Origin: Octopus sinensis
Taxonomy: Eukaryota
Length of the DNA: 53,489 bases
Assembly (NCBI RefSeq): GCF_006345805.1
Contig: NW_021834591.1
Coordinates: 1 to 53,489 of the forward strand
Direction of reading: 5' to 3'
In this document: positions 37,909-50,640 of the stretch, one piece after another
How the letters are laid out: every line of letters begins with the position of its first letter
Position numbering within the stretch: position 1 is the first letter of the stretch
Notes under the pieces: generated by a model
What the model was told of the DNA's origin: nothing
Database searches by the model: none
Seen by the model: the letters and a program-made list of their open reading frames with translations, nothing else
Translations under genes and position numbers: made by a program

Positions 37909-37911
<3 letters not shown>
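37381..37911 (+). mobile_element. Internally deleted Tc1/mariner DD41D (rosa/Visitor-type) element
   Basis: TIRs CAGGGTGTCCCAAAAATATGTATACAC / GTGTATACATTTTTTTGGACACCCTG in TA tracts; FQQDEASPH...RWIG...PPRSPDLTPLDFF with 41-residue D-D spacing. Confidence 0.9.
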
Positions 37912-37963
<52 letters not shown>

Positions 37964-38158
37964 CACCACACACACACATAGGTGCAGACATGGCTATTTG
38001 ATAAGGAGCTTGCTTCCCCACCATATGGTTCTGAGTTCAGTCCAGCTGTGTGACACCCTGAGCTAGTGTCTTCTATTATAACCTTGGTGCCAACCAAAGC
38101 TTTGTAAGTGAGTTTACTAGATGGAAACTGAAAGAAACCTGTCTTATATATATATATA

Positions 38159-38806
38159 TTAGGTTGGCAACTAAGTTCCTGCCATTTTTTAAAATTTAAA
38201 TTTTTAAAAGGTTTAATGAAAAATAACAACTAATTAATCAATAATGTATTCACCCTTGTTGTTTACAACTTCTTCCCAATGTTCAACAAGATTTTCAATA
38301 CCTCATTGGTAAAATCACCCGATTTCAACTCGAAAAATTGATGCAACTCAATTCTTCATCAGTATTGAATGAAACTCCACGCATAGCATTTGAAAGAGAT
38401 TGAAAGAGGTGAAAATCCATTGGTGCCAAATCAGGAGAGTACGGCTGGTGTGGCAGCACTTCCCAGCCATGCGTTTGAATGGCTTCCTTGGTCATATTGG
38501 CGATATGAGGGCAGGCGTTGTCATGCAGCAGAAGAACTCCATACTGACGATTAGGTCTTTTCTCTTGAATAGCTGTGTTGATTCATTCCATCTGTTGAAC
38601 ATAGAGTTCTGCGTTGACCATTTGGTTCTATTCAAGCAATTCGTAATGGATAATCCCTTCCCAGTCCCACCATATGTACAACATCGTTTTACACGGATGA
38701 AGATCTTGTTTCACACGCGGTGTCGCTTGTTTACCGGGGCTAAGCGATTCCTTACGCTGCTTCATATTGATGTACAAGCACCATTTTTATCACCAGTAAT
38801 GATTCA

Positions 38807-38857
<51 letters not shown>

Positions 38858-39650
38858 CATTGTGTACAGTGCTCAGGTGCACTACAACTCATCTATAGTG
38901 TATGTATAGTACATAGGGTAATGTACAAGCGTCAGGAAAAGAACTGTGCATGAGTCATGACATACACATATGTGTATGAGTATGGAAGGGGGAAAATCAG
39001 TGTAGTTTCGGCGGATCTCGGAAAGCATGAGGCCTTAAAGGATGCAGTGTCATGGCATCAACAACTGACGCAGCAGTTTTGTTCCATGCTTCAGCAACTC
39101 TGAGCGTGAAAAAATGTTTCCGAAAGTCATGGGAGCTGTGCTGTTTTCTGACTTTGTAGGCATGTCCACGTGTAGGCATAAAGAAATCGTTGCTTGTGTC
39201 CATGAGTTGAGCGGTGACGAGCAAGCAAACCAGCGGCTCACTGATTTTTGTTGTTGTCACTTAAAGAATGCGGAACCCATGCTCCATACTTCTGAACCTT
39301 TCCCATTGAGTGAAAATTCCTCTCTATAGCAGTGTGAGAGCATTCCCATTTGTCTGCCAGTTCCATTGTCGTTTGACAAGAATTTTCGTGCAAAAGTTGG
39401 TTTAATCGCTCTTCATCGAACTCAACTGGACAGCCAGAACAACGTGCGTCTTTGGGTTCAAAATGTTCATTTGCATAACTTGACATTCCATTTTAATGAT
39501 CTGAAAATAAACAAAAATGAATTAAAATTAACTAGAAAAAAAAGCAAAATAGATTCCAAAATGATTCAAAGCTAGAATTCTTGAAAAATATAGATTCCAA
39601 AATTTAAAAACGCAATAAATTCCAAAATTAAAAAAATATTGCCAACCCAA
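38159..39650 (-). mobile_element. Mariner (DD34D) transposon relic
   Basis: TIR-like TTAGGTTGGCAA / TTGCCAACCCAA; WVPHSL, ITGD, LLHDNARPH, PYSPDLAPMD motifs on the minus strand; interrupted by a CR1 fragment. Confidence 0.9.
38808..39180 (-). mobile_element. CR1-type LINE 3' fragment inserted in the mariner
   Basis: TRGHAYKVRKQHSSHDFRKHFFTLRVAEAWNK with (TTA)n tail. Confidence 0.8.
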
Positions 39651-39914
39651 TATATATATATATATATATACATCATCATTATCATCATCATCATTTAACG
39701 CCTTTTTCCATGCTGGCATGGGCCAGATGGTTTAACTGGGCTGACATGCTGGAAGGCTGCACCTGACTCCAGTCTGATTTGGCATGGTTTCTATGGCTGG
39801 ATGCCCTACCTAACGCTAACCACTCAAAGAGTGTAATGGCTTAACTCTGTAAAATGTTACAGAAAAAAATCTTGTTGGTTCTTGCACTAAATACATCTAA
39901 ATGAAACTTTTTCC

Positions 39915-40250
39915 ATGGACCCTTGAAATATTACTTGTGGATCCCTAATTTTTGCATATGTGGACCCCCCAAAATCTTATATGGTTATTTTTCTTACATG
40001 CAAATTTTATATGGGCTATTTTGCTTACATGGACCTCTAAAATCTTAGATGGACTATTTTGCCTATGCTCCCCCCTCCCAATTCTTATATGGACTATATA
40101 GCCTGTGGACCCCCAAAGATCTTATAAGGGGTATTTCACCTACGTGGATACCCCAAATATCTTATACGGACTATTTTGTCTGTGGACCCCAAAAAATCTT
40201 ATATGGACTATATAGCCTGTGGAACCCCAAAACATTATATGGACTATTAT
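39915..40250. repeat. Degenerate ~36-40 bp tandem repeat
   Basis: TGGACCCCCAAAATCTTATATGGACTAT-like unit repeated about 8-9 times. Confidence 0.8.
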
Positions 40251-40289
40251 GCTATATATATTTTTTTGCTGTATATATATATATATATA

Positions 40290-40319
<30 letters not shown>

Positions 40320-40322
<3 letters not shown>

Positions 40323-40566
40323 GAAGCGCAATGGCCCAGTGGTTAGCGTTGTGAGTGTTTATTGAGCGAAAACACCTAGAAGCTCCATGAGGCTCCGGCA
40401 GGGGGTGGTGATCCCTGCTGTACTCTTTCACCACTCTTTCTTCCACTCTTTCTTACTGTTTCCATGCTTGCTTAGCCAGCGGGGGTGGCGTCATCGAAGG
40501 CTAAAACAATGCGAACGCATTGTGACCACGATGTGTAACAAACATCTGATGGTCTGGTCGGTCCAT
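40320..40566 (+). mobile_element. SINE family B head with tail type 2
   Basis: Matches 1258-1499 on the opposite strand. Confidence 0.75.
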
Positions 40567-40640
40567 GATATATATATATATATATATATGTATTATATAT
40601 ATATATATATATACTATATATATATATATATATATATATA

Positions 40641-41626
40641 AATTTATTATTTATATATACAATAAAAAAAGCAACAAGAATGGATTAGTTTTTTAGTACA
40701 ATTGTTTCATGAGAAAACAGCTTTATTAAAAGCTGCAAATATTGCAGCAAATACAAGTGTCCCGTACCATCAGCCAAAACCTATGAGTTCTCCAAACATC
40801 CTAGGGAGTGAGGCTACACTCATGAAGTATCGAAGATAGTTCTATAAAAAACACAATTTAGATTGTAAGCAAGACTTCCAAGTTCTCTAATGATGCACAG
40901 TCTTATAACAGGTTTTAAAAAAAAGCTAGGTTAGCTTCACAGAAAAGGTAAATCCATCCATAATAATGTAGGTGTAATTTCCTGAGATATGAGGAGATAT
41001 TTCATACTCACAGACGATGAATCTATCCATAATTAATCCATAATAAAGTGGGTATAATTTCCTGATATATGATAAGATACTGGTCACACTTCTGTTCATT
41101 TCTCAAAACTACTATGTTAGAATTATAATGGCTGAAGGAATTTAGTAGAGTATAGAAAAAACCACCCACATAGGGCATTATGGGGTAACTGAGAGGAAAA
41201 GGGTTGTAAGTACCCACCTACACAGAATAGTCTATTTTTTTTTGTAAACCTGTTATAAGACTGTGCATCATTAGAGAACTTTGGAGTCTGCTTACAATCT
41301 AATTTGCTTTTTATAGAACTATCTTCGATACTTCATGAGTGTAGCTCACCCCCTAGGATGTTTGGAGAACTCATATGTGTTTTGGCTATGAGTACGGGAC
41401 CTTGTATTTGCTGCAATATTTGCAGCTTTTAATAAAGCTGTTCTTCGCATGAAACAATTGTACTGAAAAACTAATCCATTCTTGTTGCTTTTTTCTTTCT
41501 TCTTATAATCACCACCCCACATTATTTTATGGTTAATACCATATAGATTTCTGGTGCATCTAAGTTAGGTACCACATTCATGTGAATTCAATAGAACTCA
41601 CTTGAATCTTAATTGCTTTTACTGAC
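40641..41626. mobile_element. Long inverted-repeat element (~260-bp arms) with a hammerhead motif in each arm
   Basis: ~40665-40925 vs ~41233-41493; (TA)n on both sides; motifs at 40691-40779 (-) and 41380-41468 (+). Confidence 0.75.
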
Positions 41627-41635
41627 TATATTTAT

Positions 41636-41694
<59 letters not shown>

Positions 41695-42109
41695 CAAAAA
41701 AATATATATACACAAAATTTGCATATATATATATATATATAACGGGAAGCTTTATGAAAATAGACAAAAGACGAAGGCAGGTTTATTTTATATATATATT
41801 ATATATATTGCTATATGTATATGTACGGCGGACTTCTGTCAGTTTTTGTCAATCCAAATCCACTCACAAGGGTTTGGTCAGCCAAGATTACAGCAGAAGA
41901 TATTTGTCTCGAGGTGACAGTACCAACGCCGTGAGACTGAACTCGGAACCATGTCGTTGGGAAGCAAACTTCTTACGCAGCCATTTATCTATCTATCTCG
42001 CTCTTTCCTTCCCTCCCGGCATTTGTACTAAAGTAAACTCCTGCCTTAGAAAGAAAAAATAATAATTCAGAAACCCTAACGTTTTAAAATTACGAAAGAT
42101 AACTCTGTC

Positions 42110-42198
42110 AAATAACTTACACAATTACTTCCCTTTGACCAGTAAAATTCTTTCCATTTGACAATAGACTAATGCTCCGTATTTGTCCACCGACCTCG

Positions 42199-42241
<43 letters not shown>

Positions 42242-43577
42242 CTATTCCCCCTCTCTCTCTTTTCAGATACTCTTTCCTTCCCAGACTTTCTCCTCCTCCT
42301 CCTTGTCTTTCATATTCCTTTCTATTTTCCTCGTTCTACCTTTTTCTTTCTGTACCTTTCTCCTTCTCCCCAATTCCCTCTCGCTCTTACTGTATCTTTC
42401 TTCCCCTCTTTTCTCTATGTCTCTCTTTTCTCTCCCTTCTCTTTCCTTCCGTCCTTTTCTTTCTTTCCCTCTCTCTCTCTCTCTCTTTTAAGACACTCTC
42501 TCCTTCCCAGACTTTCTCCTCCTCCTCCTTCGCTTTCATATTCCTTTCTCCTTTTCTCCAATCTTAAGCAGACGACATCATTCAAAGAAGCTGTCGTCTG
42601 CTAATGGCTTACAACCATTACAAGTTCTTGTTAAGCTTTATTTGTTGCAGTCATTAGACTGACTGTGGCCATACTGGGGCACTACGTTAAGGGGTTCAGT
42701 CGAACAGATCGACTCCAGTGCCTTCTCTTTTTGATACTTATTTTATTGTTTTGTTTTTACCGATCCGTTACCATTAAATTTACGGGGATGTAAACAAGCT
42801 AACATCGGTTGTCAAGCAGTTTTAGGGGACAAATATGAATACAAATACAGAAAAACACACATACACACCAACATACAACACACACACATAGACAGACACA
42901 CATACACATATACATACGACACAACACACATATACGTACACACACACGCACATGCACACACGCACTTAAACACATACACGTACACACCCTCACATGCATA
43001 CACACATATACACACATGCACACACACACACATAGAAACATACACGCAAACACACACACATACTCACATATACACATACACACACATACACACGCACGCA
43101 CATACGCGCACACTCACATACTCACAGACATACACACACATATACACACACGCACACCGACTCAGGCACACGCACAAACGAACACACACAAACACACACA
43201 CTAACATGCACACATACACAAACATAGGCACATACGCACGCACACACACACACACACACACGAACAAACACACACGCACGCGCGCACGTGCGCATACGCA
43301 CACACACACACACTCGTTAAGTCAAATACCTTACACAATTACTTCCCTTTGACCAGTAAATTTCCTTCCCTTTGACGATAGACTAATGCTCCGTATTTGT
43401 CCACCTACCTCATTTCCATATTTCATCTCTCTCTCTCTCTCAATCTATCTAACTATCTATCTATCTATCTCTCTCTTTTCAGACACTCTCCCCCTCCCAG
43501 ACTTTTTCCTACTCCTCCTTGTCTTTCATATTCCTTTCTATTTTCCTCGTTCTACCTTTTTCTTTCTGTATCTACCA

Positions 43578-43611
<34 letters not shown>

Positions 43612-43887
43612 CCACTCTCTCTTTCTCTCCCACTCTCACCTTCTCTCTCTCACTCTCTACCACTCTCTCATTCTCTCTCACTCTCACCCTCCCCTTCTCT
43701 CTACCACTACCTCTCACTTTCTCTCTGTACGTCTTCCTCACTCCCTCTACTTCTTCTCTCATCGGGCCTCGCTCGCTGTCAGCTACGATACACACACACA
43801 CACACACATTAAGTCAAATACCTTACCCAATTACTTCCCTTTGACCAGTAAAATTCCTTCTATTTGACAATAGACTCTATCTCTCTC

Positions 43888-43927
<40 letters not shown>

Positions 43928-46602
43928 GACACTCTCTCCTTCCCAGACTTTTTCCTCCTCCTCCTCGTCTTTCATATTCCTTTCTATTTTCCCAGTTCTA
44001 CCTTTTTCTTTCCGTATCTTCCATCCTTTTCTCTCCCTCTCTCTCTTCCACACTCACCTTCTCTCTCTCTCTCTCTACCACCATCTCCTTCTCTCTCTCT
44101 CTTTCTCTCTCTACCTCTTCCTCACTCTCTCTACCCCCTCTCTCATTGGATCTAGCTCCCTGTCAGTTACTACACACACACACATTAACAGTTATTTAAC
44201 ACACAGTCACAGGTGTGGCTGTGTGGTAAGAAGCTTTCTTTTCAACCACATGGTTCCTGGTTCAGTCCCACGGCGTGGTACCTTGGGCAAGTGTCTCCTA
44301 CGATAGCCTAGGACCGACCAAAGTTTTGTGAGTGGATTTGGTAGACGGAAACTGAAAGAAGCTCACTGTGTGTGGGGGGGGGTGTACGCGCGCGTGTTCT
44401 GTTTTTCCTAAAATCCACCCACCCTCACTGCTTGACATCCGGTGTTGGTGTATTTGCGCCCCCGTAACTTAGCGGTTCGGCAACAGACCTAGATAGAATA
44501 AGTACAAGGCTTAAAAAATAAACATTGGAGTCGATTCAATCAACTAAAGTTTCTTTCCAGCCGGTGCCCCAGCATGGCCGCAATCTAATGATTGACACAA
44601 ATGAAAGATAAAAATAAATTAAAAAACCCACCATTTCCGCCGGAATTATCCGGAAACAACCGAAGTGTTCCTTTCTCCTTTTCTCCAATTTTAAGCAGAC
44701 ATCATTCAAACAAGCTGTCGTCTGCTACAGTTGTGAGCCCATAGCAACCACCATAGCAACACCACTGTATAGGAATTGTTCATTTTCAACCAGATTTGTG
44801 ATCAATATTGGGACAATTTTCTTCCAGATCTACGCTGTTTGGACGACATATTTTATAGTTTCTGTCAAAAGACTGCGGCCATGCTGGGGCACCAATTTGA
44901 AAACGTTTCGTTAAAGAAATCGATTCCAGTATTTTTCTGGGTTTTTTTAAAGTCTGATACTTATTTTATCAATCCTTTGTGATGAGCTGCTAAGTTCTGA
45001 GGACGTAAAACAAGAACTTGTTGCAGTCATTAGACTGACTGTGGCCATACTGGGGCACTACGTTAAGGGGTTCAGTCGAACAGATCGACTCCAGTTCCTT
45101 CTGTTTTTGATACTTATTTTATCGTTTTCTTTTTAACGATCCATTACCGCTAAATTACGGGGATGTAAACAAGCTAACATCGGTTGTCAAGCAGTTTTAG
45201 GGGACAAACACGAATACAAATACAGAAACACACACATACACACCAACATACGACACACACACATATACATACACACACCCTCACACGCATACACACATGC
45301 ATACACATGCCTACACATACTCACATACACACACATACACATATTCACACATAGGCACACGCACACACACATACTCACAGACATATGCACACATATACCA
45401 ACATACAACACACACATATAGACAGACAAACCCACACACGCGCACATGCATACACACATATACACATGCATACATACTCACATACACACATATATGCACA
45501 CACACACACAGGCACACGCACACGCACATAAGCACACACATACATACATACACACACATACACACAAACATACGACACACACACATATAGATACACACAC
45601 ACACACGCACTCGAACACATACACATACACACCCTCACACTACACACATATACACATGCCTACACACACACACGCACACACACACACATAGAAACATACA
45701 CACACAGACATACTCACATACCACACATACACACATATACACACACAGGCACACGCACACACGCACGCACATACGCGCACACACACATACTCACAGACTT
45801 ACGACACACACACAATATCCACACACGCACACAGGCACACGCACATACGAACACACACACAAACAAACACACTAACATGCACACATACACATACATATAC
45901 GCATATACCCACACAGCCACACGCACAATGACGCGCACATACGCACGCACACACACACACACACACAGAATTACTTCCCTTGGACCAGTAAAATTCCTTC
46001 CGTTTGATAATAGATTAATGCACCTTATTTGTCCACCGGCCTCATTTCCATATTTTCTCTATGTCTCGCTCCCTCTCTGTCTCTATTTATCTATTTATTT
46101 CTCTCTCTCACTCTTTTCAGACACTCTCTCCTTCCCAGGCTTTCTCCTCCTCCTCCTACCTTGTCTTTCATATTCCTTTCTATTTTCCTCGTTCTGCCTC
46201 TTTTTTCTTTCTGTATCTTTCTCTTTCTCTCTAATTCTCTCTCGCTCTCTTTTCCTCTTTTCTCTTCCAATCTTTCAAATTCATTTCTATTTCTATTTTC
46301 CATTTACGACCCTTTCGCTCTTACCGTATCTTTCTTCCCCTCCCCTTTTCTCTGTGTTTCTCTTTTCTCTCCCTTCTCTTCAATCCTTCTCTCTCTTCTT
46401 CTCTCTCTCTCTACCACCCCTCTCTCTCTCTCCCACTCTCTCCTCCTCTCTCTCTCCCACTCTCTCCTCTCTTTCCCTACCACTCTCTCCTTCTCTCTCT
46501 CCCTCTCCCCTCTCTTTACAACCCCCTCTATTTCTCTCTCTACCTCTCCCACTCTCTCGCCCTCCCCCTGACTCTCAGCGGGCCTGGCTCCCTGTCAGTT
46601 AC

Positions 46603-46642
<40 letters not shown>

Positions 46643-47480
46643 ACATATTGACAGTTATTTAACACACAGTCACAGGTGTGACTGTGGGGTAAGAAGCTTT
46701 CTTCTCAACCACATGGTTCCTGGTTCAGTCCTACGGCGTGACACCTTGGGCAAGTGTCTTCTACGATAGCCTCGGACCGACCAAAGTTTTGTGAGTGGAT
46801 TTGGTAGACGGAAAATGAAAGAAGCCCATTATGTGTGTGTGTGTGTGTGTGTGTACGCACGCGCGTTCTGTTTTCCCCTCCTTCCACCCACCCACTACTT
46901 GACATCCGGTGTTGGTGTATATGAACCCCATGTAACCTAGCGGTTCGGCAACAGACCTAGATAGAATAAGTACCAGGCTTAAAAAATAAACATTGGAGTC
47001 GATTCATTCAACTAAAATTTCTTTCAAGTCGGAGCCCCAGCATGGCCGCAGTCTAAAGTTTGACACAAATGAAAGATAAAAATAATTAAAAAACCCACCA
47101 TTTCCACCGGAATTATCCGGAAACAACCGAAGTGTTCCTTTCTCCTTTTCTCCAATTTTAAGCAGACATCATTCAAACAAGCTGTCGTCTGCTACAGTTG
47201 TGAGCCCATAGCAACCACCATAGCAACCACCATGTATAGGAATTGTTCATTTTCAACCAGATTTTGTGATCAATATTGGGACAATTTCTTCCAGATCTAC
47301 GCTGTTTGGACGACATATTTTATTAGTTTCTGTCAAAAGACTGCGGCCATGCTGGGGCACCAATTTGAAAACGTTTCGTTAAAGAAATCGATTCCAGTAT
47401 TTTTCTGGGTTTTTTTAAAGTCTGATACTTATTTTATCAATCCTTTGTGATGAGCTGCTAAGTTCTGAGGACGTAAAACA
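42110..47480. repeat. Local tandem segmental duplication, ~2.4 kb period, each unit containing SINE A copies and CT/CA tracts
   Basis: TTGTTGCAGTCATTAGACTGACTGTGGCC at ~42642 and ~45018; 44200-45010 matches 46660-47480; AATTACTTCCCTT..ACCAGTAAA sub-block four times. Confidence 0.85.
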
Positions 47481-47547
47481 AGCCAGCACTGGTTGCCAAG
47501 GTGAGTAACAATCGCAAACACAAAGCAACACACCTATATATAGTATA

Positions 47548-47639
<92 letters not shown>

Positions 47640-47653
47640 TATAATTAAATAAT

Positions 47654-47704
<51 letters not shown>

Positions 47705-48019
47705 ATATATATAATATATAATATATATATATATAATATATATAATATAAATATATATATATCTATATATATATATATATAATCTTAATATATATAATAT
47801 ATATAATATATATATATATAGTATATATATATATATTATATATATATATATATATATTGTATGTATGCTCTGTTTGGGGATTTGGTTTGCAATTCTTTAT
47901 TGAGTTTCGTGTGTTAAAGCATATTCTGTTGTGTCTGGGGAGAGTCATTCTCTTTTAGTGCCTTATTATGTAACACACACTCACCGGTAAAATTTCATAT
48001 ATTTTTATTATTTATTATC

Positions 48020-48055
48020 CTAAAATTTTCGTTGCATCTTGCAACTTTTCAATAG
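48020..48055 (-). ncRNA. Minimal hammerhead motif, U3-A8 variant
   Basis: CTA-TTGAAAA-GTTGC(AAGAT)GCAAC-GAAA-AT-TT-TAG inside a ~220-bp island between long (TA)n tracts. Confidence 0.5.
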
Positions 48056-48084
48056 TTTGACTCTGTCGTTATTTACACGCAGTG

Positions 48085-48115
<31 letters not shown>

Positions 48116-48169
48116 GTTATATATAGATATATATATAATAATATACATATATAATATATATATAGATAG

Positions 48170-48204
<35 letters not shown>

Positions 48205-48234
48205 CATATATATATATGTATATATATGTATATA

Positions 48235-48316
<82 letters not shown>

Positions 48317-48617
48317 TATTAATAATGTATTATATATATGTATATATATATAATATATATATATATAGATATACCTATATATATTATATATATATATATT
48401 ATATATATAATATATATATAATATATACATATGTGTGTATAATATACATCATCATCATCTAACAGGACCCTGTGTGTGTTTTGGTTTGGTTTTACGGCTG
48501 GGGGCCATTCTACCACCAAACACCCAACTGAGGGGAGTGAGTGTTTTTTATGTGGCACGTGTGTGTGTGTGTGTGTGTGTTGTGTGTTGGTGTGTGTTGT
48601 GTGTGTGTGTTTATATA

Positions 48618-48836
48618 CGAGGGAGTGCGGAAAATTTCTTGGCTTGCGGTAAAAGAAAATACGCCAGGATCTGTTATGATCTTATTCAACATGTTCCCCT
48701 TCTCAGATTCACACACTTATTGCAACGGTCCTTCAGTGTTTTTTTTTCCAGCCCTGTAAAAGGTCTCAGAAGTTTGGGCCTCCAACCAGACCTTACGCGA
48801 TACTTTTAAAACCAAGAACTTTTCCGCACCGCCTCG
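48618..48836. mobile_element. Mariner-type MITE
   Basis: TA-CGAGGGAGTGCGGAAAATTTCTTGG ... CCAAGAACTTTTCCGCACCGCCTCG-TA. Confidence 0.8.
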
Positions 48837-48904
48837 TATATATACACACACACACATATAGATACATACATACATGTGTGTGCGTGCACATGCATACACA
48901 CACA

Positions 48905-50640
48905 CAGTGTACCCCCGCTTTTTCGCGGTCCCGGTTATTCGCGGAACTAATAATTGTTCGCGGAAACCACCGCATATTCACGGAATAGTAAATATCGTCT
49001 GCGATTTTTTATGGCATTTTTTGTGGCAATGTATACTTTTTTACACTCTTTAAGGCTAAACTATTAATACTAATATACCCCATTTGCCGGTTTACTGGAG
49101 GCCCCTTCACAGCTGAAGGTCCCTCTGATTAGAATACCGTCGCTTGATTTTTTTTTTTTTAATATAGAAGTACACTGTATCTTGTGGAGGCACATGGCCT
49201 AGTGGTTAGAGCAGCAGTCGAGGGATCGCGGGTTCCAATCTCAGACCGGGCGATGTGTGTGTTTATGAGCGAAAACGCTAAGCTCCACGCGGCTCTGGCA
49301 GAAGGTAATGGCGAACCTCTGCTGACTCTTTCGCCACAACTTTCTCTCACTCTTTCCTCCTGCATCTTGCAGCTCACCAGCGACGGGCCGGCGTCCCGTC
49401 CAGGCGGGGAACCTATACGCCTAGGAAACCGGGAACCAGCCCTTACGAGCCAGGCAGGGCTCGAGAAGGAACAATCAAAAACCACTGTATCTAGTATCTC
49501 TTATTCCTGCTTTCAATCAAAGCTTACTAATTTGTAGAGCGACTACCATCCCCCACTTTTAAAAAATCATCGCTACACTTGATCATACACATTGTTTATT
49601 TCAACAGGATCATTTTTAAGGTCATGAGCCAGATATAAACTCATTGAAATGAGGTTACTTGCTGCCCCCCCCCCCACTCTCTCATTATCATAGTATAGAT
49701 TAGTGTCTCTAGCAGTAATACAAACTCAAATTTACAAAACCATGATTATTTTTCATCTCTGCTCAATCTCCCGTTGGTGGTATACACATATTAAACGAAA
49801 CGAAAAATTTTTGGGGGAGGTTAATTTGGTGGAAAAAATGTGTCCAGTAGCTGTCTCCAGTATTTTGTTGAGTGCTGTGTTTTTCACAGCGTGTTATTAA
49901 AGCTCTAAGATGCCGTTTAAACGCCTTACATCTTCTAAGGCTTCTGGCAGTGAACCCAAGTGCCAGAAAAAGGTCATGAGAAGGCACAACTGCTGGATAT
50001 GTTCCAGGAAGGTAAAAGTTATGCTGCAGTAGGTCGCTATTATCTTATCAATGAAAACACTATTCCCTACATAAAGAAGAACGAGGTGGCGATCAAGACT
50101 ACTGTAGTAGTAAGTTTCTGTGAAAGTGCCAAAAAGATAACGATAGTGAGAAATAAGCATTTGGTCTGGATGGAACCTGCCTTGGCATTGTGGATCAGTG
50201 ACTGCAAGAAGAAAAACATCCCCTCAAGCAGTAACATCATCCGCGAGAAAGCGCGAAAATTATACCAGCAGTTCAACAGAGGAGACGGAGCAGAAGGCAC
50301 CGAAGAACTGTAACCAAGACCATTAACAGCACCGGAGCATGAAGATTTTCAAACCAGCAAGGGATGGTTTGACCGTTTCCAGAAACAGTTTACAATGAAG
50401 TGTGTTTCCTTGCATGGAGAGACAGCATCAGCCGACAAAAAAGCCGCCAAGAAGTGCCTCGAGACCTTCAGACAGATCATCGAGAACAAAGGATACAAGC
50501 CGGAACAGGTTTTCAGAATGGACGAGACTGGTTTGTTCTGGAAGAAGATGCCTTCCAGAACGTACGTCATGAAAGGCGAAGTCAGAGCCTCAGCATTTAT
50601 GGCACAGAAGGACGGAGTGACGCTAATTATGTTTGGAACA
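48905..50640 (+). mobile_element. Tigger/pogo transposon, 5' part with decayed transposase
   Basis: CAGTGTACCCCCGCTTTTTCGCGG terminus; HTH_psq/CENP-B-like EKAQLLDM..MEPALALWI..IREKARKLY, SKGWFDRF, LHGETASAD, QVFRMDETGLFWKKMPSRTY; frameshift and stop; cut off at 50640. Confidence 0.9.
49184..49482 (+). mobile_element. SINE family B head with tail type 3, inserted in Tigger
   Basis: 10-bp target-site duplication CACTGTATCT at 49173 and 49483. Confidence 0.8.

Noticed and set aside
49910-50640. Domesticated TIGD/CENP-B host gene
   Set aside because: Frameshift, stop codon, truncation and a transposon terminus upstream indicate a decayed Tigger.
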